Assembly: GCA_965219995.1 (NCBI GenBank) | Contig: CBDCOX010000002.1 | Coordinates: 1,344,001 to 1,408,000, forward strand | From: Candidatus Latescibacterota bacterium | GTDB lineage: Bacteria > Latescibacterota > UBA2968 > GCA-2709665 | Direction: 5' to 3' | DNA: 64,000 bases | Part shown: positions 49,056 through 58,948 of the stretch, piece by piece | Numbering within the stretch: the stretch's first letter is position 1 | Layout of the letters: each line of letters starts with the position of its first letter | The notes under the pieces: generated by a model | The model's input: only the letters and a program-made list of their open reading frames with translations | What the model was told of the DNA's origin: nothing | Database searches by the model: none | Made by a program: the position numbers and the translations under genes

Positions 49056-49919
49056 TTAACGAATGATTTCCTCCAGATAGGCCTTGGCCGCAAGCAACCC
49101 CTCCTGATTCAGGGCGGTGCTGCCCATATACCGGTCGTCTTCGAGCTCAATTGCCAGTGGCCCGTCGTAGCCGAATTCCTCGAGCCGCGCGACAATCCAT
49201 ATCCAGTCGGCGTCGCCCCAACCGGGTATGCAGTAGCGCCACCAGCCTTCCCCGTGGCCGTACCGCTTGCCGAAACTCTGTCCCAGGCTGCCGTACAGAT
49301 ACAGGCCGTCAGCCAGCAGTTCCGTATCCTTGGCGTGCACGTGCCGGACGCGATCACCGAATTCCATCAACAAGCGCTGATAGTCCACGCCGATGCGGAT
49401 GAAATGGGAGGGATCGTAGCAGATCCCCAGATGAGGCGAGGGCACGACCTCGAATACCGCCCGAAGCGTCTCGGGGGTACATCCCAGGTTGCCGTACCCC
49501 GGCGCACCACCCGGATAGGGTTCGATGGCGAGGTACACGCCCTGCTGTTCCGCGAATTCGACCACACCGGGATAGACCTCCTTGAAGACGCCGAAACTCT
49601 CGGATCGGGACTGCATCGGGTCGTCCGGCGCCAGACACAGGAAGACCACGCCGGAACCGTGGTCGCCCGTGGCCCGGATGCGATCCTTCATGGCCGAGAC
49701 CGCCGCGCTTCGCACCTGCGCGTCCTTGCTCAACAGGGCCCCTCCCACGCCCCAGTCTACCGTTCCGATCGCCAGACCTGCATCGTCGAAAACTTTTCGA
49801 ATTCTCCCATCGACTTCCGGGACGTCCACAGATCCGAATCCGCACTCGCTCGCCCAGGCCGCCACACCCTCGAGGCCCAATTCCCTTCCCATGGGTGGAA
49901 TCCGCATCCCAACGTGCAT
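49056..49919 (-). CDS. Sugar phosphate isomerase/epimerase (AP endonuclease 2 TIM barrel)
   Basis: ATG at 49919 after GGGAGG. LAIEP, YDPSH, HVHAKD, PGWGDADW, LAIELED. Confidence 0.9.
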   Translation of the reverse strand: MHVGMRIPPMGRELGLEGVAAWASECGFGSVDVPEVDGRIRKVFDDAGLAIGTVDWGVGGALLSKDAQVRSAAVSAMKDRIRATGDHGSGVVFLCLAPDDPMQSRSESFGVFKEVYPGVVEFAEQQGVYLAIEPYPGGAPGYGNLGCTPETLRAVFEVVPSPHLGICYDPSHFIRIGVDYQRLLMEFGDRVRHVHAKDTELLADGLYLYGSLGQSFGKRYGHGEGWWRYCIPGWGDADWIWIVARLEEFGYDGPLAIELEDDRYMGSTALNQEGLLAAKAYLEEIIR

Positions 49920-49990
49920 ATTGCCCTCCCGAAAAAAACGTGAGAAGATCTCCAATGAACCCGGCCCGGACCCCGTCTGGAGGAATCCGT

Positions 49991-50896
49991 TTAAACCTTC
50001 CAGAGTTCCGCGACGTCGGACAGGATGGTATCCAGTTCGGCGTGATCGTGCGCATCCAGCGGGCGGGTCGCCGCCGTCCTTACGTATGCCGAGCGAATCA
50101 CCCCGCGGCGGCGCAGCACTTCCTTGTATGCGTGTACGCTGTGAAGCATTTCGAAATTCAACAACGGCAACAGGCGGTTGAAGACTTCCCTGGCGCCGGA
50201 CACGTCGCCCGCCTGCCAGGTATTCCAGACCGCGGCGTGCACGTCGGGAACGTCGCATGCGGGCATCGTACCCGCGGCGCCCCGCCTCATTTCATCCAGC
50301 ATGAACCGGCCGGCCGCACCGCCGAACACGCCCTCGACCGACTCTCCGCAGGCCACGATATCGGCCGAAACCGAATGTGTGACCGGGGGGACTTCCTCCT
50401 TGATGTAGCGCACGCTTTCGATCTCGCGGGCAAGTCGGCCCAACAGCGCGGGCGACATCGGAACCCCGATCGGCAACGGATAGTTCTGTATGAATACCGG
50501 CAGCCCCGTCGCCCCCGCGATCGCCTCGTAATACGCCTGCACGCCATCGGCCGGGGGCTTGGAAATATACGGCGGCAACGCCATCACCGCGTCCGCCCCC
50601 TCGGCCTCCGCGTGTTTCGCGAACCACACGGCCACCGGGGCGCTCACCCCGGACACGCCGGCGACGAAAGGCAGTCGCCCCCCCACCGCCCGGCCTATGA
50701 CCTCGATCACCCGCAACCGTTCGGGATCCGAAAGCGCGCTGAATTCGCTCGCGTTCGCCGGCGAGACCAATCCGTGCGCCCCCGCCGCGATCGAAAATTC
50801 CACGACGCTGCTCAATCCCTCTTCGTCGAGCGAACCATCGTCTGAAAACGGCGTTGCCAGGATGACAAACACCCCCCGAAACGGCCGCCCCGCCAT
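49991..50896 (-). CDS. DapA/NAL family aldolase
   Basis: TPFSDDG, ANASEFSALS, ALPPY, IQNYP, YIKEE (Schiff-base Lys). Confidence 0.92.
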   Translation of the reverse strand: MAGRPFRGVFVILATPFSDDGSLDEEGLSSVVEFSIAAGAHGLVSPANASEFSALSDPERLRVIEVIGRAVGGRLPFVAGVSGVSAPVAVWFAKHAEAEGADAVMALPPYISKPPADGVQAYYEAIAGATGLPVFIQNYPLPIGVPMSPALLGRLAREIESVRYIKEEVPPVTHSVSADIVACGESVEGVFGGAAGRFMLDEMRRGAAGTMPACDVPDVHAAVWNTWQAGDVSGAREVFNRLLPLLNFEMLHSVHAYKEVLRRRGVIRSAYVRTAATRPLDAHDHAELDTILSDVAELWKV

Positions 50897-50934
50897 TCAT
50901 CGCCCTTTCAATCGGGATTCTGCGACTGACCCTT

Positions 50935-51096
50935 GTGTCCTGTCCCAAAAATACCTCACCATTCTTCCGCCGATTCATCCCGTCTCGCAGCGTTGCCATC
51001 GCTCGCCGACCTGGCCAGGTCGCCTGCGCTCTGGCGCCTTGCGAGCCGGGCGACTCGACGGCCGAATTCAGGCAACTTATTTCCGGGACAGAACAC
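50935..51096. mobile_element. 162-bp MITE with 19-bp terminal inverted repeats
   Basis: Left end GTGTCCTGTCCCAAAAATA; right end reverse-complements to GTGTTCTGTCCCGGAAATA (16/19). Internal palindrome CGACCTGGCCAGGTCG. No ORF. Confidence 0.8.
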
Positions 51097-51162
51097 TAAA
51101 CCCCATTCAATGGTAAGGCGGAGAGGCCAGATGTCAAGCGGAAAATCCCCGTGATATTTCCA

Positions 51163-51191
51163 TTGACTTGCCCCGGACCCCAACCTACAAT
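51163..51191 (+). promoter_or_regulatory. Sigma70 promoter
   Basis: TTGACT-17 bp-TACAAT, 40 nt upstream of the ATG at 51231. Confidence 0.75.
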
Positions 51192-51230
51192 ACCCATTCC
51201 ACGGACCCGAACACCACGTGCCGCGAACCG

Positions 51231-51968
51231 ATGCAGATCGACCCGAAAAGACTTCGTGAGCTCCACGCCTTCATGGACAGGCTCAAACCAGTCGGTCCAC
51301 CGAGGGCGGCGTTTCTCCGCAGGGGGGCGAGCCGTCTCACCCGTCCCGGCGGCAACCTGGTTGTGATGGATGCCTCGTTCAATCCCATGACCGTTGCCCA
51401 CGAAGCCATGCTGAATCGCGCTTCCGACGCCTGCCGTGCCGGCGAAGCCCTCCTGCTGCTGTCTCACGCAAACGTGGACAAGAGCGTCTACGGGGCGACG
51501 CTGGCGCAGCGCCTGGCCATGCTCGACCATTACGCGGAATCATCTCGAAACCTCTCCGTCGCCGGTTGCAGCCATGCCAGATTCGTCGATAAGGCACACG
51601 CCCTCGGTCCACTCTACCCGAAATCGACCGTTCTGTATTTCGTGGTCGGATACGACACCCTGCTGAGGCTGTTCGACCCCCGGTATTACAGCAATTTCAG
51701 GGATGAACTGTCCGCATTCTTCGCCGGCGCACGCGTCGTCGCGGCCAACCGCGCCAATACCGACCCGGACGCCCTGAGGAGGCTGAGAACGAGTCCGGAA
51801 TTCGGCGCATTTTCCGACAGAATCCATTTCATCGGCCTGGACGACAATCATTCGCGCATGTCCTCCACGGAAGTCAGGGCGCTCAAGAAAGCAGACGCGC
51901 GGATCGGTCACCTTGTTCCGTCCCGCATCGCGGAAGCCATCGACGCGCTGGACCTGTATGGCGACTGA
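51231..51968 (+). CDS. Nucleotidyltransferase, NMN adenylyltransferase (Pof1-like)
   Basis: DASFNPMTVAH, NVDK, RFVDKA, VGYDTLLRLFDPRYY, MSSTEVR. Confidence 0.8.
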   Translation: MQIDPKRLRELHAFMDRLKPVGPPRAAFLRRGASRLTRPGGNLVVMDASFNPMTVAHEAMLNRASDACRAGEALLLLSHANVDKSVYGATLAQRLAMLDHYAESSRNLSVAGCSHARFVDKAHALGPLYPKSTVLYFVVGYDTLLRLFDPRYYSNFRDELSAFFAGARVVAANRANTDPDALRRLRTSPEFGAFSDRIHFIGLDDNHSRMSSTEVRALKKADARIGHLVPSRIAEAIDALDLYGD

Positions 51969-52065
51969 AGGCGCGCCCCGGCGTCAGCGAAAGGCTGCAA
52001 TGCCTTTTCCGCGCCGACAATCTCGAACCTGAAAATCCACACAAGGACTCATTGGAGGCCCGTAC

Positions 52066-53697
52066 ATGAACGGTGCGGATCTGCTGGCTGCGGAACTAAT
52101 GAAGAAGGGCGTCGCCTTTGTCGCGACGCTGTGCGGACATGGGCTGGACGACCTCGACGATGCCTGCGACCGGGCGGGAATGCGGCTTGTGGACGTGCGC
52201 AATGAACAGGCCGCGGGGTATATCGCCGAGGCCGTCGGACGCCTCAGCCGCAACGTGGGCGTCTGCGCGGTCAGCAGCGGCGTGGCGCACGTGAACGCGC
52301 TCACCGGCGTCTGCAACGCCCACTTCGACGGCGCGCCGATGCTGCTCATCACCGGAAGCGGATCCGCGGGCACCGCCGGTCTCGGACACTTTCAGGACCT
52401 CGACCAGGTTGCCATCGCGGCGCCCCTGTGCAAGTACGCGGAGACCGTCCGCCATCCGGAGCGGATCCCGCAGATGCTGCACGAGGCCTTCGAAGCCGCC
52501 GTTTCCGGAAGGCCCGGACCCGTGCACCTGACCGTTCCGCAGAACGTGCTGGCCGCCGACGTTCGCGCCGACGCGGTCCATCGGGTTCACGACTCCCGCC
52601 ATCCCGCCCCCACCCTCGCGCCGGGGCGCCCGGAGGATATCGACCGGATCGCCGACCTGCTTGAACGCTCCGACCGCCCCCTTCTGATCGCCGGAGGTGG
52701 CGTACACTATGCGGACGGCGGCGCTGCGCTGGTTGAATTCACAACCACCCTTGCCGTTCCGGTGATGGTACCGATCTGGGACCGCGGCGCGATACCGCGG
52801 CCCATCGATCCGTATATGGGCGTCGTGGGCGCGGCGAGCGGCGGCCCCCGCCTTCTGCCCGACGCCGACCTGGTGCTGATGGCCGGGGCGACCTGCGATT
52901 ACCGTGTGGGCTACCTTCAGCCGCCCGCCGTGCATCCCGAGGCAACCATTGTGCGCATCCACGCGGATGCCTTCTGCCTCAATCAGGGCGCAGGCGCCCA
53001 CTTGCGCGTGGCGGCCGATCCGGGTTCCGCGCTCAATCAGTTGACCGAAGCCGCGCGAGCAAGAGAATTCGCGCCCAGGACCGCCTGGCTCAAGGAAGCC
53101 GCCAGGCGCCGGAACGCGTATCGCCGGAGGTGCATGGAGGCCCGCAAAGCAAACGGCCTGCACGCGCTCGACATTATCCAGGCGGTACAGACCGTCCTGA
53201 CTGACGACACCGTCGTCGTCATCGACGGCGGCAACATCGGGCAGTGGGCGCACCAGATCCTCTGCGACCGGTATCCCGGCCACTGGCTCACCTGCGGCGC
53301 CAGCGGCGTTGTGGGCTACGGGATTCCGGCAGCGATGGGCGCCCGCCTGCTCTATCCCGACCGGCCGATTATTCTCATTTCAGGGGATGGGGCGCTCACG
53401 TTCACCGTCGCCGAACTCGAGGCCGCCGCCCGCCAGAATCTGCCCTTTGTGGTCCTGCTCGCGGACGATGAAGCCTGGGGCATCACCCTCACCGGGCACG
53501 AGGCGCGTTACGGCCGCGGGATCACCTCCGAACTGGGTCCCATCCAATACGCGGGCATGGCGGAAGCTTTCGGCGCACAAGGGTTTCGAATAGAACACGC
53601 CGATCAGATCCTTCCCGCGCTTCGGGACGGCCTCGATGCGGAGACGCCGACACTCATCCATGTGCCGGTTGCCCGGAGCAGTCCCGCCGACAAATAG
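52066..53697 (+). CDS. Thiamine pyrophosphate-dependent enzyme (acetolactate synthase-like)
   Basis: VRNEQAAG, GRPGPVHL, DADLVL, IDGG, GDGALTF TPP motif. Confidence 0.92.
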   Translation: MNGADLLAAELMKKGVAFVATLCGHGLDDLDDACDRAGMRLVDVRNEQAAGYIAEAVGRLSRNVGVCAVSSGVAHVNALTGVCNAHFDGAPMLLITGSGSAGTAGLGHFQDLDQVAIAAPLCKYAETVRHPERIPQMLHEAFEAAVSGRPGPVHLTVPQNVLAADVRADAVHRVHDSRHPAPTLAPGRPEDIDRIADLLERSDRPLLIAGGGVHYADGGAALVEFTTTLAVPVMVPIWDRGAIPRPIDPYMGVVGAASGGPRLLPDADLVLMAGATCDYRVGYLQPPAVHPEATIVRIHADAFCLNQGAGAHLRVAADPGSALNQLTEAARAREFAPRTAWLKEAARRRNAYRRRCMEARKANGLHALDIIQAVQTVLTDDTVVVIDGGNIGQWAHQILCDRYPGHWLTCGASGVVGYGIPAAMGARLLYPDRPIILISGDGALTFTVAELEAAARQNLPFVVLLADDEAWGITLTGHEARYGRGITSELGPIQYAGMAEAFGAQGFRIEHADQILPALRDGLDAETPTLIHVPVARSSPADK

Positions 53698-53721
53698 GCG
53701 TGGCAATTAAGATCGTCTGAC

Positions 53722-55830
53722 TCACATGACGCCGTACCAGCCATACTGATCTTCCGGAACCAGCACGAAATTGGACCGCGCCGCGGGATACCATGTGTCC
53801 GGGTTCTTCTCCCGGTGATCGTCCACGGCGCGGACCTCCACGTAATACATCCGATTGGCCTCCGGCACCTTCCAGACGACCGACGTGTCACCGGTCGTAT
53901 CGGACATCACCTCCTCCCGACACGCCCGATCCGAGAACACGCGGACGTCGTATTCGATCCTGCCGCCGCCCATCTTTATGGCACGCGCCCAGTTCAACCG
54001 GACCTCGTCCCGGCCGGCGCGCTGCGCGGGCAGCGGCAGAGGGAACGTTGGCGGATGCGCCTTTTCGGCACCCAGATAGTACGAGTAATACGGTTCCGAC
54101 CCCCAGATGCCGAAAACGTACCCCAGAATCCAGAACCGGTCCTCGCTTTCGAGCAGTTCTGGATCATACGCGAAACATTCCTGCGCGAAGCCGTCGGCGA
54201 AATAGATGTCCGACTTCAGCTCGGCCACGGACAACACACGGCCGGCTTTGTGCGGCTGGTTGGCGCCGAAAAACAACGCGTCCACGATGTGGTCGCTGCC
54301 GTCGTACGTGGCCTCCGCGACCACGTGGTGGGACAGACCCACTGATCGCACCGGAATGCCGAGGGCTTCCAGAATAGCCACCGTGACCGTGACGCCCTGG
54401 CCGCACCTCGCGTCGTGCCCCTCCAGAATGGCCACCGGATCCTTCGTGTCGGGTATCTGAATCGGATTGTAGTACAGCGTCCGGTTCACGTATCCTGCAA
54501 CCTGCCTGACGGCCTCCGCATCCGTAGAAGCACCGCCGGTGATGGTCTCGGCAAGATGCCCGAGGTACTCCGCCCGGTCGGTCCCGGCGGCGCGGCGGAT
54601 CAACTCGGCTTCCTTCCCGGGCGGGTAATCCGTTGCCGGACCCTCCATATTCACAGTGGGCGGCGTCCACGGCAGTTGCGGCAGGTACAACGACCTCTTT
54701 GCGCCGTAGGTCCGCCGGTACCGGCCCAGATGCGCCTGCCTGTCGAAAGCCGTGTCCGGAACGCCGAACCCCGGCTCCTGTCCGGCCGGCTCGCTCTGCA
54801 TCACAAGCCAGGACCCGAAGACCTCGCCCGGTGTGCCGGGTTGCGTGTACGGGACCGTCGTGCCCGTAATGGCGAACCGCTCGCCATCCGTCCAGTGATA
54901 GCAAAGCAGCGCGAAGCCGTCCGGCTGTTCCGGAGCCGCCAGGTAGTCGAAGGTCCCGGCGTCCGGGTCATATACGAGAAAGCGGTCCAGAAACCTGGGT
55001 GGCCCGCCGTCGATTGTCAGCGGTCCGTCGGGGACTACAATCCGGCCGGTTTCGGGATCCAGCCGGCTCGGATGCATATAGGTGCTCAGGCAGATGTACG
55101 CACGGCCCCCGTAACCGAAGCCCCCGCCCATGAAGCCGTAGATTTTCCCGTGGTCCGGCGTCGAAATCCCTTCTCCCCAACGACCCCGGCCCGGCTCCAG
55201 CGGAAAGATCCGTCCCTTCGAGACATCCCATACATAGAGCACGCCGCGGTGCAGGAGGTGCCCCGACAAAGCGGCCTCCGGGCAGGGCCCCGGGCGCTCG
55301 TCTATGAATCGTTCCGAGCCGGGATCGAACCTGATGATTCGCGACGGGTCGCACAGCGGGGAATGGACCATCCCCTCAACGCACCATCCGCCCGCCAACT
55401 GCCCGGAAAACGGGCAGTCCACAACCCGCGGTTCAGCCAGCGGGCCGTCCAGAACCAGAATCCTGGACTCCGACCGCTCGAACAGCAGCACTTTACCGCC
55501 AGGTGTCTTCAGTCCATACCAGACAATGGGCCTCGCGCCCGGGATTTCCCGTTTTTCACAGGTCCGCCGTTCGGGGTCGAAAACCAGGTAGTACGGAACG
55601 TCCCCAAGGGTGAGCACCAGCTTCTCCTCCCAGGCAATGACCTGGACAATCGACCGACCGGCCATCTCGGGCACGGGAATCTGAACCGTCTCCGCCGTAC
55701 GCAAGTGATGACCCGTCAATCGGTTGCGACCACATCCCTCCCAAAGCCAGTCCGCGGTGTCGACGTCCACGCCGAACGGCCTTCCGGTCCGGATTTCGTC
55801 GTGTCTGTACAACCACACCTGATCTCTCAT
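53722..55830 (-). CDS. Beta-propeller + transglutaminase-like + FnIII-like protein
   Basis: ATG at 55830 after GAGGGG. Putative triad in ARCGQG / HHVVAE / HIVDAL; C-terminal LNW...YYVEVRAVD. Confidence 0.7.
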   Translation of the reverse strand: MRDQVWLYRHDEIRTGRPFGVDVDTADWLWEGCGRNRLTGHHLRTAETVQIPVPEMAGRSIVQVIAWEEKLVLTLGDVPYYLVFDPERRTCEKREIPGARPIVWYGLKTPGGKVLLFERSESRILVLDGPLAEPRVVDCPFSGQLAGGWCVEGMVHSPLCDPSRIIRFDPGSERFIDERPGPCPEAALSGHLLHRGVLYVWDVSKGRIFPLEPGRGRWGEGISTPDHGKIYGFMGGGFGYGGRAYICLSTYMHPSRLDPETGRIVVPDGPLTIDGGPPRFLDRFLVYDPDAGTFDYLAAPEQPDGFALLCYHWTDGERFAITGTTVPYTQPGTPGEVFGSWLVMQSEPAGQEPGFGVPDTAFDRQAHLGRYRRTYGAKRSLYLPQLPWTPPTVNMEGPATDYPPGKEAELIRRAAGTDRAEYLGHLAETITGGASTDAEAVRQVAGYVNRTLYYNPIQIPDTKDPVAILEGHDARCGQGVTVTVAILEALGIPVRSVGLSHHVVAEATYDGSDHIVDALFFGANQPHKAGRVLSVAELKSDIYFADGFAQECFAYDPELLESEDRFWILGYVFGIWGSEPYYSYYLGAEKAHPPTFPLPLPAQRAGRDEVRLNWARAIKMGGGRIEYDVRVFSDRACREEVMSDTTGDTSVVWKVPEANRMYYVEVRAVDDHREKNPDTWYPAARSNFVLVPEDQYGWYGVM

Positions 55831-56017
55831 CGATCGACCCCTCGTTCGCCGCAGTCCCGGCCGTAATCCACGATCGGGAACGGCACGCACGGCGGCCGGC
55901 AGGACACCCCGGCCGTTAAAACCGTTGACAAACCAAAAATACTCACTAACTTATGCCGATCTTCAAATCCCGTCACCATCCGCTGAACGCTGACATCTCA
56001 CATCAGCGAGGCTCACT

Positions 56018-56710
56018 ATGGGTGTGATTACCGTATCAAGAGAATACGGCAGCGACGGACGATCGGTCGCGCAGAAAGCCGCCGACCTGCTGGGCTATCT
56101 TTGCATGAACAAAGACCTGCTCGTGGAAGTGGCAAACGAAGCCCAGGTACCGGTCTCGGAGGCCGAACGTTTCGACGAGCGGCCGGAACATCCCGCGATG
56201 CGCGTGATCCGAAAATTCCTCACACCCGGGCACCCGGAAGCCATCACCGGCCTCTCGGAATACGAATGGTGGGCAACCGCCACCGTCCCCGAACTGACCG
56301 GGCGAAGCAATTCCGGTCTGCCTCTGCCGGATGAAGAGGCCTTTGTGAACATCACGCGCGAAGTCGTCACGCGCCTGGCCGAGCGGGACAACGTGGTCCT
56401 GGTGGGTCGGGGCGGGCAGGCTCTGCTGAGAGATCGACCCGCCACGCTGCATCTGCGGGTGGTCGCCGCGATCGACTATCGGATTCAGGTGGTTATGAAA
56501 CGGGAAGAACTGGATGCCGACGCCGCGGCCAAACGCATTCGAAAAATGGACGAAAACCGGAAACGCTATATCAAGAGGCACTACGGTATTGCCTGGAACA
56601 CCGCGGAAAATTACCACCTGACGCTCAATACCAGCCAGACCGGTATCGAAGGGGCCGCCAGCATCGTCGCCGAAGCCATGAGATATATGGTGAAGTCGCG
56701 GCAAAACTGA
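56018..56710 (+). CDS. Cytidylate kinase-like family protein
   Basis: ITVSREYGSDG, VVLVGRGG, RKRYIKRHY, YHLTLNTS. TTGACA at 55925. Confidence 0.9.
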   Translation: MGVITVSREYGSDGRSVAQKAADLLGYLCMNKDLLVEVANEAQVPVSEAERFDERPEHPAMRVIRKFLTPGHPEAITGLSEYEWWATATVPELTGRSNSGLPLPDEEAFVNITREVVTRLAERDNVVLVGRGGQALLRDRPATLHLRVVAAIDYRIQVVMKREELDADAAAKRIRKMDENRKRYIKRHYGIAWNTAENYHLTLNTSQTGIEGAASIVAEAMRYMVKSRQN

Positions 56711-56747
56711 CGGCCGAGGTCCGGAAGTTCGAAGAACGCACAAAGAT

Positions 56748-56777
56748 GCCCCGGGGGTCCCTCCGGGGCGTTTTTTT
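56748..56777 (+). terminator. Rho-independent terminator
   Basis: GCCCCGGGGG-TC-CCTCCGGGGC followed by G and T7. Confidence 0.8.
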
Positions 56778-56798
56778 GCGAACCGATCCTGCGCGGGC

Positions 56799-57239
56799 TC
56801 ATGCTTCTTCCGCGAGCAACTCCACCAGCAGCTCCAGCGCCGCGATATAGCCCCGCCATTTGAATCCCGCAACCTGCCCCGCTACAATCGCTGAAAAGCA
56901 GGACCGGCTCCGGAACGCTTCCCTCGCATGAATATTGGACAGATGCACTTCCACCGCGGGCAGCCGGCTGTCTTCGATCGCATCGCGCAGCGAGTATCCG
57001 AAACCGGTCAGCCCACCGGGATTGAGAATGATCCCCCGGACACGGTCCCGCTCCGCCTGGACCTTATCGACGAGAACGCCTTCGTGGTTGGACTGCAGAA
57101 ACTCCAACTCGCAGTCCAGCGCACACGCACGTTCCTCGAGCCGGCGGTGAATCTCGTCCAGCGTAACATCCCCGTAGTGTGCCGCCTTCCGCCTTCCGAG
57201 CATATTCAGATTGGGGCCCTGGAGTACCAGAATTCTCAT
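56799..57239 (-). CDS. aroQ: Type II 3-dehydroquinate dehydratase
   Basis: GPNLNMLGRR...YG, QSNHEG, ILNPG, EVHLSNIHAREAFR. Confidence 0.96.
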   Translation of the reverse strand: MRILVLQGPNLNMLGRRKAAHYGDVTLDEIHRRLEERACALDCELEFLQSNHEGVLVDKVQAERDRVRGIILNPGGLTGFGYSLRDAIEDSRLPAVEVHLSNIHAREAFRSRSCFSAIVAGQVAGFKWRGYIAALELLVELLAEEA

Positions 57240-57266
57240 GTAGACGTCTCCGTTGGAAGTTGCAGG

Positions 57267-58340
57267 CTAGAGATACCTGGCGCGGCCGTCTCGCAGGGCC
57301 GCGACAACGTCTCTGACACGCTGGGCACGGTCGCGCCGGCAGATCAATAACGCATCCGGCGTATCGACGACGACCAGACCCTCCACATCCACGAGGGCGA
57401 TCAGCTTGCCATCGACGCCATACGCGGTGACGTCCCGCGAGTCCAGATTCAGCACGTCGCCGGAGATCAGATTGCCCTCGGCGTCGACGGGAAGGATGTC
57501 CGACAACGCGCCCCAGCTGCCGATGTCGCTCCAGTCGATATCGGCTTCGAGGGTGGCCACACTGGGGGCTCTTTCGATGATGGCATTGTCAATGGCCACT
57601 TCCTTCATACGGGGATATTCCCGTTCGATCGCGGTTCTTTCCGCTCCCGTGCCCACCGCTGCCCGAATACGCATCAGAATCCGGTAAAGGTCGGGTTCGA
57701 ACTGTTCGAACAGCGCCAGAACCGTCCGCGCCTTCCAGACGAACATATTGCTGTTCCAGAGATAATCTCCACTTTCCACGTACCCCCTTGCGGTCGGTTC
57801 GTCGGGTTTCTCCCTGAACCGGGCCACGCCGTACACCGGCACTCCATTGACCCGCCTTGCGACGCCGCCCTTCTGGATGTAGCCGTATCCCGTTTCCACG
57901 CGGGTGGGTTTCACCCCCAGCGTAAACAGGGTATCGGGGTCCTCCTCCGCGGCTTCTCCGGCCGCACGGAGCAGACGGCAGAATTCCTCCGGCTTTCCGA
58001 TGTGATGGTCTGAGCCAAGGCTGGCCACCGTGCAGCCCGGGTACCGGCTCTCGAGCAGCACGCATTCGAGCCCCACGGCCGGCCCCGTATTGCGTAACGC
58101 GGGTTCGACGATCAGTCCGGTCGAGGGGAGTTCGGGGAGTTGCTCCCGAACCAGCGCAACCAGATCGTTGCCCGTTGAAACGAGGAGATCGCGGACGCCG
58201 ACCAGTGGCCGGATCCGGTGTACGGCCTCCTGCAGCATGGTCCGTTCGCCGACCATGCTATGGAACTGCTTGGGGCGCGTCGTCCGACTGAAGGGCCACA
58301 GACGTGTGCCGAAACCGCCGGCCCGAATCACGAATTTCAT
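57267..58340 (-). CDS. manC: Mannose-1-phosphate guanylyltransferase
   Basis: AGGFGTRLWPFSR...PKQF, EPALRNTGPA, SDHHI, ETGYGYI, FREKP, WNSNMF, WSDIGSW. Confidence 0.92.
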   Translation of the reverse strand: MKFVIRAGGFGTRLWPFSRTTRPKQFHSMVGERTMLQEAVHRIRPLVGVRDLLVSTGNDLVALVREQLPELPSTGLIVEPALRNTGPAVGLECVLLESRYPGCTVASLGSDHHIGKPEEFCRLLRAAGEAAEEDPDTLFTLGVKPTRVETGYGYIQKGGVARRVNGVPVYGVARFREKPDEPTARGYVESGDYLWNSNMFVWKARTVLALFEQFEPDLYRILMRIRAAVGTGAERTAIEREYPRMKEVAIDNAIIERAPSVATLEADIDWSDIGSWGALSDILPVDAEGNLISGDVLNLDSRDVTAYGVDGKLIALVDVEGLVVVDTPDALLICRRDRAQRVRDVVAALRDGRARYL

Positions 58341-58870
58341 GGGTCTTCCCGTTGTCCGGGCAATCCCCCGATTGCCTGCCGACTCACTCTTACAATGCTG
58401 ATGGCGCCTCGGGTCGTCGCGTCTTCTACCGCAAAATACACGTCCGAAGAACCGGATCCCTCTGTCGCAAGCGCCAGATTCAGCGCGTATCCGGCGTTTT
58501 CGACGAGGTCCAGGTCGCTCACGCGGTCCAGCGCAACCCAGTGCAGCCGGCCTTCGTTACAGGGCGTCAACTTCTCACGATCGGTTTGCCCCGTAAAAAA
58601 CACCACGGTGGTGACGTCTTCGCCTTCCGGCCGGGTGAGCACGACGCGCATCTCGAGGTTCTCGATATCCGCCGCTCCGATTCCGGCTTCTTCACCCACC
58701 TCACGGAGCGCGGCCATTTCCAGATCCGCCATCTCGTCCGGTTCCACCCGTCCGCCGATCCCTGTCCACCGGCCCGGCGCAAAACCCTTGTGAGGCGCGC
58801 GCTCGAGTAACAAAACACGGTTTTTCCGAAAGAGAAAAACCGTCACATAGACATTCAGACCCGTACCCAT
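58337..58870 (-). CDS. NUDIX hydrolase
   Basis: GIGGRVEPDE...AALREVGEEAGI Nudix box; CNEGRLHW. Confidence 0.9.
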   Translation of the reverse strand: MGTGLNVYVTVFLFRKNRVLLLERAPHKGFAPGRWTGIGGRVEPDEMADLEMAALREVGEEAGIGAADIENLEMRVVLTRPEGEDVTTVVFFTGQTDREKLTPCNEGRLHWVALDRVSDLDLVENAGYALNLALATEGSGSSDVYFAVEDATTRGAISIVRVSRQAIGGLPGQREDP

Positions 58871-58948
58871 TCCCGCCTCGAGGATAATCGCCGTCCGGGA
58901 ATCGGGACAGCGGGGCGACGGGGTCCCGGATTCCGACCGGTCGCGCGG

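Noticed and set aside
58889-58934. GGAATC-GGGAC...GTCCC-GGATTCC inverted repeat between accD and NUDIX
   Set aside because: An ordinary intergenic hairpin, single copy, with no U-tract.
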